DNA of 32,000 nt from Archaeoglobus fulgidus DSM 4304 (GTDB taxonomy: Archaea > Halobacteriota > Archaeoglobi > Archaeoglobales > Archaeoglobaceae). This document shows positions 18,623 to 27,990 of the stretch, one piece after another. The DNA is taken from contig NC_000917.1 in the NCBI RefSeq assembly GCF_000008665.1, positions 360,001 through 392,000 on the forward strand. The letters are read 5' to 3'. A program made the position numbers and the translations under genes. Within the stretch, counting starts at the first letter, position 1. Each line of letters opens with the position of its first letter. Below the pieces are notes generated by a model that made no database searches, was not told where the DNA came from, and saw only the letters and a list, made by a program, of their open reading frames with translations.

Positions 18623-19165
18623 TTATTTAAGTTTTTCCACCACACTATGTAAAATCCTGCTGAAGTTTTCGCAATTCACCGAGGTCTTGTAATCTTTAAG
18701 CAAAGTTTTTTCAATTTCAATTCCAAATCTTCTCAAGTACATGCAAAACTGTGTGAGGTTGGATGGGCGGTCCTTGAACCTCGCCCTCTCGAAGTCGATG
18801 AGGTAAACATCATCCCCAACTATTATGTGCTTGTCCGGATGGTTCATCTCCTGCTTTTCAACCCCCATTACATCCATAATGAAGCAGGCCTCAAGAGCTC
18901 TCTCGACAGCCTTTCTGATGAAAGCTTCGTCAAACCTTCTACCCCTCAGCCTCTCCATCACTATTCTGAGATTTGCAAAATCGACGAAGTAAAGCTTAGG
19001 GGTGAAGAAGAAAGGCTGGAGGAGCGTGAGGAACTTAACCTCCTTCAGAAAGTTGTACCTGAACCTCTCGTGAAACTGCTTTATCGCGTATTTTTCCGTC
19101 AAATAGACGACTGAATGCCTACCCTTTCGCAGCTCTAACGATTCTCCTAACTCTCTCGGCATCAA
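18623..19165 (-). CDS. Predicted Ser/Thr protein kinase-like protein (RIO/Bud32-like small kinase fold)
   Basis: LRKGRHSVVYLTEKYAIKQFHE (P-loop and VAIK-like Lys), RIVMERLRGRRF, EMNHPDKHIIVGDDVYLIDFERARF (catalytic/DFG-like region). Confidence 0.7.
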   Translation of the reverse strand: MMPRELGESLELRKGRHSVVYLTEKYAIKQFHERFRYNFLKEVKFLTLLQPFFFTPKLYFVDFANLRIVMERLRGRRFDEAFIRKAVERALEACFIMDVMGVEKQEMNHPDKHIIVGDDVYLIDFERARFKDRPSNLTQFCMYLRRFGIEIEKTLLKDYKTSVNCENFSRILHSVVEKLK

Positions 19166-19859
19166 CCAATCCGCCCCGCTTTATGTAGGTGCCAACAATA
19201 ACTCCGTCGCACCACTTCAAAATTCTGGCAGCATTCTCCGCGTTAACACCGCTTCCGGCGAGAACAGGCATTTTCAAAGTTTTTTTGGCGTATTTCAGCT
19301 CTTCCAAAGAAACTTCTCCACCTGTCGTTTTTCCCGTCAAAATCACCGCGTCCGCAAGACTCCTCTCGGCATTTAGGCAGTAATCCTCAAGTGAGGCGAA
19401 GTGTACAGCGTGTTTCACTGCAATGTCCGCAAAAATCATCGCCCTGCAGTCAACCAGCTTTTTGTACCTCATCACCTCTCCGGCCTTCCCCTCAAGAATT
19501 CCTTCAGGGGAGACGGAAGTGAAGAAAAGCTGGTTAACTCTAACAAAGTCGGCGTTTACGGCTTTGGCAATGGCTAATGCCGCAACGGCGTCGTTTCTGA
19601 GCACATTTATCCCCAGCCCGATGGAAACATCCCTCTTAACCTCGCAGGCTATTACAGTCATCGCAGCGACGGTTTCCTTGCCAACTTCCTTCAAAAAAGG
19701 TTTATCGCCGTAGTTTTCGAGTATTAGCGCGTCCGCACCACCCTCCTCAATTGCCCTGGCATCCTTTACGGCTTTGTCTATTACCGCACTCAGGTCAGTG
19801 TGCTCGGGTGAGCCCGGAAGGGGAAGGAGGTGAACCACGCCGATTACGGTCTTCTCCAT
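19119..19859 (-). CDS. BtpA-family TIM-barrel protein
   Basis: VIGVVHLLPLPGSPEH...DARAIEEGGADALILENYGDKPF...VTGKTTGGEVSLEELKYAKKTLKMPVLAGSGVNAENAARILKWCDGVIVGTYIKRGG. Confidence 0.88.
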   Translation of the reverse strand: MEKTVIGVVHLLPLPGSPEHTDLSAVIDKAVKDARAIEEGGADALILENYGDKPFLKEVGKETVAAMTVIACEVKRDVSIGLGINVLRNDAVAALAIAKAVNADFVRVNQLFFTSVSPEGILEGKAGEVMRYKKLVDCRAMIFADIAVKHAVHFASLEDYCLNAERSLADAVILTGKTTGGEVSLEELKYAKKTLKMPVLAGSGVNAENAARILKWCDGVIVGTYIKRGGLVDAERVRRIVRAAKG

Positions 19860-20080
19860 ACTACCTCCTCTCCGTACCTTATTTCCACAATCCTGTGGTG
19901 GGGAATGGCTGCGCCGCTGTAAAGGTAGATAAACATGTGGCCTATCTCCTTTATGTCATCACCGCTTACCTCGCTGTAGCCCTTTGGCCTGTCTATGTAT
20001 CGAATTCTAACTTTGGAAAAATCAAATTCGGGATGCCACCTGAATTTATCCAAAATTTCTTTGATGCTATATCTCCTCAT
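19844..20080 (-). CDS. DUF504 / UPF0248 small protein
   Basis: IKEILDKFRWHPEFDFSKVRIRYIDRPKG...IPHHRIVEIRYGEEVVWRR. Confidence 0.82.
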   Translation of the reverse strand: MRRYSIKEILDKFRWHPEFDFSKVRIRYIDRPKGYSEVSGDDIKEIGHMFIYLYSGAAIPHHRIVEIRYGEEVVWRRP

Positions 20081-20582
20081 CCTTCGCTAGCTCAATAAGC
20101 TGCCCCTTCAGGTTCAGCTTGAGGGAGCGCTTGGCTATAGCCCTCAGAAACAGAGGGTCGAGGTTCAAATCCTTGGTGATGTACGTCACCGACGTTCTTC
20201 CAGCCTCAATTTCCTTGATTATTTCTCTGACGTACTCCTCAACTTCATCATCGCTCATGAATACGACTTCGAGAACTTTGTTGAGGTCTTTCAGCGAAAT
20301 GTAGAAGTTCGCGCTCACGTGGGTGTAGCTCACGTGGTACTCCTTCTCCGGCTTTCCTCCGGGATCAGATGGCATTCTCCACTTCGCCTCAAGCATCCCT
20401 GCATTCTTCAGTATCCTAAGGGCGTCCCTGTATCCCTCACCTATCATCTCCTCAAGCTCTCTCGCCGTGTACCATCCCTCAAGAAGTGCGTTGTAAACCT
20501 TCCTGTAAGTTTCGGTTGAGAGGAGATGAAATATCGGGATTAGCTCCACCACATCGTTAATCAACTTGGCTCTCTTTACCAT
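20067..20582 (-). CDS. ArsR-like wHTH DNA-binding protein
   Basis: LIPIFHLLSTETYRKVYNALLEGWYTARELEEMIGEGYRDALRILKNAGMLEAKWR... Confidence 0.65.
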   Translation of the reverse strand: MVKRAKLINDVVELIPIFHLLSTETYRKVYNALLEGWYTARELEEMIGEGYRDALRILKNAGMLEAKWRMPSDPGGKPEKEYHVSYTHVSANFYISLKDLNKVLEVVFMSDDEVEEYVREIIKEIEAGRTSVTYITKDLNLDPLFLRAIAKRSLKLNLKGQLIELAKDEEI

Positions 20583-20607
20583 CTGTTTTTTCTTAACCTC
20601 AGGTCAA

Positions 20608-21339
20608 TTATATTTTTCTATCCTCATGGTTTTGGCAAACTCTTGCGAACCTTACAACATCCCCAACGACGATTAGCGCAGGGCTATCAAAATTAAAATC
20701 TCTCTCAACAAGCTCAGAAAGCTTTGTAATAGTAACCCTCTGGTTTTTCATGCTCCCTCTCTCGATTACCGCCACGTCTCTATCTGCATCCACCCCTGAT
20801 TCAATCAGGTTTCTGGCAACATCCTTGGCCGTGCAGCCCCCCATCAGAATCACGAGCGTCCCCTTCTCGTGCAGTTCTCTTATTCTCCCAGAGTCACTTC
20901 CGCTCACAACAAGAAAGCCGAATGCGTTTTCTGCTTCGGTAAGGGGAATTCCTGAGCAAACCGGCGCACCGTTTACGGAGCTAACGCCCGGAACAACCTC
21001 AAAGGGGATTCTATTCTCAACCAAAAATTCAATCTCCTCAGCCATTCTGCCGAAAATTCCCGGATCTCCTCCTTTCAGTCTCACGATCTTCTTTCCTTCT
21101 TCAAAGTACTTCTTCATCAGCCTGTTTATCTCTTTCTGCCTTTTTTCTCCTTTCTCCCCTCTCTCCTTGCCAACATAGACAACCTCTTTGCCAAGGGTTT
21201 TAAGGAAGGACTCAATTTCCTCCCCAACTAGCCTGTCGTACAGAATTACATCAGCCTCCTGAAGCAGCCTGTATGCTTTCAGAGTTAAAAGCTCGAAGTT
21301 TCCGGGACCAGCTCCAACTATGTAAACCTTTCCACCCAC
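20608..21339 (-). CDS. cobA: Uroporphyrinogen-III C-methyltransferase (siroheme pathway)
   Basis: VYIVGAGPGNFELLTLKAYRLLQEADVILYDRLV, VRLKGGDPGIFGRMAEEIEFL, EVVPGVSSVNGAPVCSGIPLT: SUMT motifs. Confidence 0.95.
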   Translation of the reverse strand: MGGKVYIVGAGPGNFELLTLKAYRLLQEADVILYDRLVGEEIESFLKTLGKEVVYVGKERGEKGEKRQKEINRLMKKYFEEGKKIVRLKGGDPGIFGRMAEEIEFLVENRIPFEVVPGVSSVNGAPVCSGIPLTEAENAFGFLVVSGSDSGRIRELHEKGTLVILMGGCTAKDVARNLIESGVDADRDVAVIERGSMKNQRVTITKLSELVERDFNFDSPALIVVGDVVRFARVCQNHEDRKI

Positions 21340-21427
21340 AAGGGGGAGTTGTGGGAAGGTTAAAAAACTTCTCGATTGCAGATATTTTTAGGTAAGCTTA
21401 AACCAGAAAGCGCAAATTTCGAAATTC

Positions 21428-21435
21428 TTATATAT
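21428..21435 (+). promoter_or_regulatory. Candidate TATA box of dsrA
   Basis: gaaattcTTATATATtgcc about 45 nt upstream of the dsrA ATG; leader contains SD AGGAGGTGA. Confidence 0.5.
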
Positions 21436-21477
21436 TGCCTAAAAAGAGGGGGACTTGCAATTACAGGAGGTGAACGA

Positions 21478-22734
21478 ATGTCAGAAACTCCTTTGCTTGA
21501 TGAATTAGAAAAGGGGCCTTGGCCAAGTTTTGTAAAGGAAATCAAGAAGACAGCAGAATTGATGGAAAAGGCTGCTGCCGAGGGTAAGGATGTGAAAATG
21601 CCGAAGGGCGCAAGAGGCTTGCTCAAGCAGCTTGAAATCTCCTATAAAGACAAGAAGACGCACTGGAAGCACGGAGGTATTGTCTCGGTTGTAGGCTACG
21701 GTGGAGGTGTTATCGGCAGGTACTCCGACCTCGGAGAGCAGATTCCAGAAGTTGAGCACTTCCACACAATGCGTATAAACCAGCCCTCAGGATGGTTCTA
21801 TTCGACAAAGGCCCTCAGAGGACTTTGTGACGTATGGGAGAAGTGGGGAAGCGGTCTGACCAACTTCCACGGCTCGACTGGAGATATCATCTTCCTCGGA
21901 ACGAGGAGTGAGTACCTCCAGCCGTGCTTTGAGGACTTGGGTAACCTCGAAATCCCCTTCGACATTGGAGGAAGCGGCTCCGATCTCAGAACACCCTCAG
22001 CCTGTATGGGTCCAGCACTCTGTGAGTTTGCCTGCTACGATACGCTGGAGCTCTGCTACGACCTCACAATGACCTATCAGGATGAGCTTCACAGGCCCAT
22101 GTGGCCCTACAAGTTCAAGATAAAGTGCGCCGGCTGTCCGAACGACTGTGTTGCCTCAAAGGCGAGGTCAGACTTCGCCATTATCGGAACCTGGAAGGAT
22201 GACATCAAGGTTGACCAGGAGGCAGTTAAGGAGTATGCATCCTGGATGGACATCGAGAATGAGGTCGTAAAGCTCTGCCCAACTGGAGCCATCAAGTGGG
22301 ATGGGAAGGAGCTCACGATCGACAACAGAGAATGTGTCAGATGTATGCACTGTATAAACAAGATGCCAAAAGCTCTCAAGCCAGGTGATGAGAGAGGAGC
22401 AACAATCCTCATCGGTGGTAAGGCACCTTTCGTTGAGGGTGCTGTCATTGGATGGGTTGCAGTTCCATTCGTAGAGGTTGAGAAACCCTACGATGAAATC
22501 AAGGAGATTCTTGAAGCCATCTGGGACTGGTGGGACGAGGAAGGCAAGTTCAGAGAAAGAATCGGGGAGTTAATCTGGAGAAAGGGAATGAGGGAGTTCC
22601 TCAAGGTCATCGGCAGAGAAGCAGATGTGAGAATGGTGAAGGCACCAAGAAACAACCCGTTCATGTTCTTCGAGAAGGACGAGTTGAAGCCGTCGGCATA
22701 TACTGAAGAATTGAAGAAGAGGGGGATGTGGTAA
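21478..22734 (+). CDS. dsrA: Dissimilatory sulfite reductase alpha subunit
   Basis: [24 protein letters not shown]...; CxxxxxC...CxxxC siroheme/Fe-S motifs ([32 protein letters not shown]) and inserted ferredoxin domain [15 protein letters not shown]; ATG at 21478 after aggaggtgaacga. Confidence 0.98.
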
Positions 22735-23834
22735 TGGTAGTTGAGGGTGTTAAAACGGATTTTGGTCCACCATACTTCAGGGACCTTCTCCACCCGGTTA
22801 TAGCCAAAAACTACGGCAAGTGGAAGTATCATGAAGTAGTAAAGCCGGGTGTCATTAAGAGAGTTGCTGAGAGCGGAGATGTCATTTACGTTGTAAGGTT
22901 CGGAACTCCAAGACTTCTGAGCATATACACGGTAAGAGAACTCTGTGACATTGCCGACAAATACTCTGACGGCTATTTGAGATGGACGAGCAGAAACAAC
23001 GTCGAGTTTTTCGTAACTGACGAGAGCAAGATTGATGATTTGATTAACGAGGTGCAGGAGAGAGTTGGCTTCCCATGTGGTGGAACATGGGATGCTGTTA
23101 AGGGAGAATACGGGCTGAGCAACATTGTCCACACTCAGGGCTGGATTCACTGCCACACTCCAGCCATTGACGCTTCTGGTATTGTAAAGGCTGTGATGGA
23201 TGAGCTTTACGAGTACTTCACCGACCACAAGCTGCCTGCAATGTGCAGAATCAGCCTTGCCTGCTGTGCAAACATGTGTGGTGCTGTCCACGCTTCAGAT
23301 ATTGCAATTGTCGGTATCCACAGAACACCTCCAATACCCAACGACGAGGCCATCAGAAAGACCTGTGAGATTCCGTCAACAGTGGCTGCATGTCCAACAG
23401 GAGCCCTCAAGCCGGACATGAAGAACAAGACCATCAAGGTTGACGTGGAGAAGTGCATGTACTGCGGTAACTGCTACACGATGTGCCCCGGCATGCCACT
23501 CTTCGACCCTGAGAACGATGGAGCTGCAATCATGGTCGGAGGTAAACTCTCTGAAGCAAGGAGAATGCCAGAGCTTTCAAAGGTCGTGGTGCCGTGGGTG
23601 CCCAACGAGCCACCGAGATGGCCCACTCTGGTTAAGTACGTAAAGCAGATTCTTGAAGCGTGGGCAGCCAATGCAAACAAGCACGAAAGGCTGATAGAGT
23701 GGGTTGACAGAATCGGCTGGGAGAGGTTCTTCGAGCTCACAGGCCTCGAATTCACACAGCACCTCATCGACGACTACAGAATCACTCCATACTTCTACAG
23801 CGAGTTCAGAGCTTCAACGCAGTTCAAGTGGTAA
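22734..23834 (+). CDS. dsrB: Dissimilatory sulfite reductase beta subunit
   Basis: [40 protein letters not shown]...[24 protein letters not shown], ferredoxin [15 protein letters not shown]; ATG overlaps the dsrA TAA. Confidence 0.98.
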   Translation: MVVEGVKTDFGPPYFRDLLHPVIAKNYGKWKYHEVVKPGVIKRVAESGDVIYVVRFGTPRLLSIYTVRELCDIADKYSDGYLRWTSRNNVEFFVTDESKIDDLINEVQERVGFPCGGTWDAVKGEYGLSNIVHTQGWIHCHTPAIDASGIVKAVMDELYEYFTDHKLPAMCRISLACCANMCGAVHASDIAIVGIHRTPPIPNDEAIRKTCEIPSTVAACPTGALKPDMKNKTIKVDVEKCMYCGNCYTMCPGMPLFDPENDGAAIMVGGKLSEARRMPELSKVVVPWVPNEPPRWPTLVKYVKQILEAWAANANKHERLIEWVDRIGWERFFELTGLEFTQHLIDDYRITPYFYSEFRASTQFKW

Positions 23835-23875
23835 ATTTATAAACACTTCCACCAATTTTTTTAAGGTGACCTAAA

Positions 23876-24109
23876 ATGGCGGATTATACGGAAGAGGATA
23901 AGCAAAAGGTTCTGGCGCAGCTCAGCAAGAAGACTTGGAAGATTCCTGAACTGGCAAAAATCCTCAAAATGGACAAGAAAGTCGTTAAGAAGATCGTGCA
24001 GGATTTGATTAATGAAGGGGTTGCCGGATACTGGAGCTCCGGCTCAACAACCTACGTCGCTACCAAAGAGTACATCGAGGAGCTTGAGAAGAAGAGAGCT
24101 GAAGGTTAA
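23876..24109 (+). CDS. dsrD: DsrD winged-helix protein
   Basis: MADYTEEDKQKVLAQLSKKTWKIPELAKILKMDKKVVKKIVQDLINEGVAGYWSSGSTTYVATKEYIEELEKKRAEG directly after dsrB. Confidence 0.95.
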   Translation: MADYTEEDKQKVLAQLSKKTWKIPELAKILKMDKKVVKKIVQDLINEGVAGYWSSGSTTYVATKEYIEELEKKRAEG

Positions 24110-24124
24110 TTCTTCTTTTATTTT

Positions 24125-25063
24125 ATGTTTTTTGAGTTTAAAAAGCATTTCTGGAAAAATCCTGTCCTGTCCCTCGAAATTTCGAGAATTCTGTGCAATG
24201 CATCATCCTACGTCCTGCCGCAGGGGATTCTTAAGGTTGAGGAGGGTGCCTTTGATGCCATAAACCGAAAATTTGACGATTTTATGGAAGGCAAAGCTGA
24301 GGTTGACGAGCTGATGGCCGAGGCTGATAGGCTGGAGGAGAAGCTCAATGAGCAACTAAACAGAAATTTCGGTTACTTGCACGAACTGGGACTTGAGCCA
24401 CACGCAAAAGTCGCCTTTGTAAGCAGAATTCTCAGCAGGGGATTTGTTTATCCGGACGTTCAGATTTTTGTGGGTAAAAGAGCTTGCAAAAAACTGAGAG
24501 AGCTTTCAAAGGTTGAGAGAAGGATTCTCGAAGGTAGAATTGAGCTGGGAAAGGGCAGAGAGAAGCTTTTGCGGCTGGAAGGTAAGCTGCTCGGCTACCC
24601 TGATTGCTGCGTTGGAAGCTACATAGAGAGCAAGAGGGGTTTTCCGGCTGAGAGCAGGTTTATCATGGAGTGTGCTGAAAAGGGTGTTTTCGTCAAGTCA
24701 TTAAAGGCGTTAAAGTCCTCGAAGCTCATTTCTATCCCCTATCTCTTCACATCCAACTTTTACCCGTGCAGCATTGAGTGCAGCAAAGCGGTAAAAGTCG
24801 GGCTCAAAATCCAAGAATGGCTTGATGAGTTTGAGGACGCTTTTAAGCTGAGAAGCATGCTTATAGCACTATTTTATGCTGCAACTGCGCTGAGAGCTTC
24901 TAAAGCTGCTGGCAATTACGGAGAGAAGCTTAGAAGCTTTTTCTCAAGTCTTTCACCAGGTGATATTGGTTTGATAGAAACGCTTGAAAGACACAGCGGT
25001 AACCAGGCGGAGTTTACAAACCTATTCATAGCTCGCATACTAGGCGGTTTTTCAAAAGGGTGA
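24125..25063 (+). CDS. DUF483-family protein of unknown function in the dsr locus
   Basis: 312 aa ORF with [25 protein letters not shown] and [16 protein letters not shown] Cys-containing motifs. Confidence 0.7.
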
Positions 25064-25135
25064 AAAATCGGGGAAAATCAAAAAAATTAAATACTTCTTT
25101 CTGACTTCTCATTGGAATTCTGGAGGTGATGTTAA

Positions 25136-25327
25136 ATGGCTGAAATAAACGTTGATCAGGACAAGTGCAGCGGATGTGGAGAGTGCATTTCCGTTTGCCC
25201 CGGAGGAGTGTTTGAGTTCAACGACGACGGGAAGAGCTACCCGGCAAACCCGGACGAGTGTCAGGAGTGCTGCTCCTGCGTTGAGGTCTGCCCTGAGGGG
25301 GCAATCACCGTAGACGTCTGCGAGTGA
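25136..25327 (+). CDS. 2[4Fe-4S] ferredoxin
   Basis: CSGCGECISVCPGG and CQECCSCVEVCPEG motifs; SD ggaggtgat upstream of ATG. Confidence 0.93.
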   Translation: MAEINVDQDKCSGCGECISVCPGGVFEFNDDGKSYPANPDECQECCSCVEVCPEGAITVDVCE

Positions 25328-26247
25328 ATTTTTACCATTTTTTCTATTTCTTTGATTAGCTCGTCAATTCCCTCGCCTGTAACGGCTGAGTAAGCTTGTC
25401 TATCCCTTCTGTCGTGCATGTCAGCCTTGCTGTACACCTCTACTGTTGGCTTGGCGAAGTAGCCCTTTATCTCCTCGAGAAGGGAAAGCTGCTTTTCCAG
25501 AGAGTATCCGCAGGTTTCTGTTGGGTCAATGACGAAAAGGATTATGTCAGCGAGGTGCTTTAAAGCGAGAACCGCCCTCCTCTCAATTCTGTTTCTCTTG
25601 CTCAACGGCCTGTCAAGAAGACCGGGCGTGTCAATGATTTGGACTCTCTTTCCAGCAAATTCAGCAAAGCCGAGGTTGATTTTCTTGGTGGTGAAGGGGT
25701 AGCTGGCAACCTCTGGCTTTACCGTTGAGATTCTTGCAACGAGCGAAGATTTTCCTACATTGGGGTAGCCTGCAACGACGATTGTGGGCAAATCCTGAAG
25801 AATGGGTATCTCCCTCATCCTGTTTTTGGCATCGTTCAGGAACCTAAGCTCATCATCAATCTGCTCGATGATTGATGCAACTCTGCCGTAGGCAGATTTA
25901 ACCACAGCAGAGGGATTTTTACCGCCCTTAACTTCCCTCACAGCTCTGCTCACAACCTTCTGAATCATCCCGTCCGCCCACTTCAGCGCTACGAGGGACT
26001 TCTTGAGCTGCCTTATTCCCACAACCACGTCAACCATTTCCCTGTAAAAGTCGGGAAGGTTTTCGTAGCTCGGATGGGCTCCGATAATCTTGCCGAAGTA
26101 GTCCCTTGAAACGTTGGAGATTGTTGCAAGCTTGTTCAAGGCTTTCTCCTTTGGATTTCTCCCCTCAACTCTCGCAGCTCTCCTGAAAATCTTGTCTATC
26201 AGCTCCTCTGCCGTTAGCACAGTCGGCAGCTTCTTGAAGTCCTGCAT
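25261..26247 (-). CDS. Obg/Nog1-type GTP-binding protein
   Basis: TIVVAGYPNVGKSSLVARIS (G1), IQIIDTPGLLDRPLSKRNRIE (G3), VYSKADM (G4); C-terminus convergently overlaps the ferredoxin gene. Confidence 0.9.
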   Translation of the reverse strand: MQDFKKLPTVLTAEELIDKIFRRAARVEGRNPKEKALNKLATISNVSRDYFGKIIGAHPSYENLPDFYREMVDVVVGIRQLKKSLVALKWADGMIQKVVSRAVREVKGGKNPSAVVKSAYGRVASIIEQIDDELRFLNDAKNRMREIPILQDLPTIVVAGYPNVGKSSLVARISTVKPEVASYPFTTKKINLGFAEFAGKRVQIIDTPGLLDRPLSKRNRIERRAVLALKHLADIILFVIDPTETCGYSLEKQLSLLEEIKGYFAKPTVEVYSKADMHDRRDRQAYSAVTGEGIDELIKEIEKMVKIHSQTSTVIAPSGQTSTQEQHS

Positions 26248-26269
26248 CTGCTGAAGTTTTGCTCAGGGC

Positions 26270-27253
26270 TTATTTTGTTTTCCTTGCCACTATCATTTTT
26301 TGGTCCCCATAGCTGTGGATGCCGAGAATCTCAAAGTCATGTTTTTCGAGTTCTTTCAGGTATTCATCGAGGCTGAGGTCTCCTTTGAATGTAAATCTTT
26401 TCTCCCCCTTTTCAATGCCGAAATTCCAGAGGTTCCACTCAAGGTCGAGCAAATCCAAGCTGCAATCATCCCAGAAAAACTGCTTGTTTGCGTAAATGCC
26501 TCCAGAATTGAGTGCATTGCAAATTTTTGGAAACATTGCCGAATTTTTGCCCGCCGGATTGCATGATGAGAATATAAAATCGTACCCTCCCCCAATTTCG
26601 TCTTTGAAGAAATCGCCCGACATGAAGCGAACTCTCGCAGAGCTTTTGCAGTAATGCTTTGCCTTCTCAACAACTTCTGGAAGGTCGAAGACGACAGCCT
26701 CAAGATTCGGATTTAGCTGTGTGAAAGCAACAGAGTAAAGACCGTGACCTCCGCCGAGGTCAAGCATCTTCCTCGCCCTCCTGAATTCTTCGTACTGCGC
26801 AACAGTTTCAACAGCCCACTGAAGCTCTCCCATCATCGCATGCTCCGCCATCGCGTGAATAACGAGTTTGGAAAAGAGGTTTTCCCTTTTTACCTCAACA
26901 GCTCCCTTCTTTGCTATCTCCGCAAGGTTTAGCCAGATTTCCAGATCATAAAAGTGCTTTTTCAGGAAGTTCAGCATGGGGAGGCTGGAGTTCTTGCAGA
27001 GGTGCGTTTGGGCTATTCTTGAGTTGACGTACCTTTCTCCTTTTTTCTCCAGCAACCCCTCCTTGGCAAGGCACTCCAGCATGATTCCTGTAATCTTCCT
27101 GTCCCCTCCGATTTTTTTGGCAACCTCGTCCGCATCAGCCTCATTCCGCAAAGCCTCAAAGATTCCGAGCTCAAGGGCTGCTTTGAGCAGAAGAATTTTC
27201 CTGTATCCCTGGCTCCACTCCTGTACTAAGGCCAAGAAGTCACTGCGGGACAA
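26270..27253 (-). CDS. SAM-dependent methyltransferase with N-terminal wHTH/dimerization domain (O-methyltransferase-like)
   Basis: LLLKAALELGIFEAL...ADEVAKKIGGDRKITGIMLECLAKEGLLEKKGERY; KMLDLGGGHGLYSVAFTQLNPNLEAVVFDLPEVVEKAKHY SAM-binding motif. Confidence 0.85.
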   Translation of the reverse strand: MSRSDFLALVQEWSQGYRKILLLKAALELGIFEALRNEADADEVAKKIGGDRKITGIMLECLAKEGLLEKKGERYVNSRIAQTHLCKNSSLPMLNFLKKHFYDLEIWLNLAEIAKKGAVEVKRENLFSKLVIHAMAEHAMMGELQWAVETVAQYEEFRRARKMLDLGGGHGLYSVAFTQLNPNLEAVVFDLPEVVEKAKHYCKSSARVRFMSGDFFKDEIGGGYDFIFSSCNPAGKNSAMFPKICNALNSGGIYANKQFFWDDCSLDLLDLEWNLWNFGIEKGEKRFTFKGDLSLDEYLKELEKHDFEILGIHSYGDQKMIVARKTK

Positions 27254-27986
27254 TAAGAACCCTCCCGTTGTGCCTGAGAACTTCCACCTCTATGCCGTAA
27301 ACCTCCTTTATGTTCTCCTGCGTAAGAACCTCCTTACCGCCTGAAGCGAATATCCTGCCGTTTTTCAGCATTACTATTTTGTCTGCGAAGATGGCAGCAA
27401 GATTCAAGTCGTGCATGGTGGATATAACTGAAATCTCCTTCTCGTCGGCTATTTTCCGAAGAAGCTTCATTATCTCAATCTGGTTCTTCACGTCAAGGTT
27501 GTTCGTGGGCTCGTCCAGAAGGAGTATTTTCGGTTTCTGGGCTAAGGCTCTGGCAATCATTACTTTCTGAAGCTCTCCACCGCTTAGCTCGTTGATTCTT
27601 CTGTAGGAGAACTTCTTGAGGTCGAGCAGCGAAAGCACGTCCTCCACAATCCTGTAATCCTCATCGGATGGTGAAAAGCCCATGTAGGGCCTTCTGCCAA
27701 GCAGAACGACATCATAAACAGTTAAAAATCCTGAATCGCTTCTTTGGGGGACGTAAGCAAGCTTTCTGGCCAGATCTCTCCCCGAAAGCCTATCAATGCT
27801 AACCTTTTCAACGAGCACCGCTCCCTTTGGTTTCAGAATGCCGGCCATGCACTTCAGCAGAGTTGTCTTTCCGCTCCCATTGGGGCCGAGAATGAAAACG
27901 AATTCGCCCCTCTCAGCCTCAAACTCCAAATCCTGAATAACGGGTTTGGAGTTGTAGGAGTAGTATAAGCTCCTGACTTCAATCAT
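27240..27986 (-). CDS. FecE/BtuD-like ABC transporter ATPase
   Basis: FILGPNGSGKTTLLKCMAG (Walker A), ELSGGELQKVMIARALAQKPKILLLDEPTNNLD (signature and Walker B). Confidence 0.95.
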   Translation of the reverse strand: MIEVRSLYYSYNSKPVIQDLEFEAERGEFVFILGPNGSGKTTLLKCMAGILKPKGAVLVEKVSIDRLSGRDLARKLAYVPQRSDSGFLTVYDVVLLGRRPYMGFSPSDEDYRIVEDVLSLLDLKKFSYRRINELSGGELQKVMIARALAQKPKILLLDEPTNNLDVKNQIEIMKLLRKIADEKEISVISTMHDLNLAAIFADKIVMLKNGRIFASGGKEVLTQENIKEVYGIEVEVLRHNGRVLIVPQ

Positions 27987-27990
27987 TCTT

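Noticed and set aside
21376-21477. Upstream-extended dsrA start (452 aa)
   Set aside because: The extension crosses the candidate TATA box and lacks an SD; ATG at 21478 follows aggaggtgaacga and matches the recalled DsrA length of 418 aa.
22488-23291. 267-aa antisense ORF across dsrA/dsrB
   Set aside because: Lies entirely antisense to the strongly supported dsrAB genes and shows no domain motif; typical mirror ORF in a coding-dense region.
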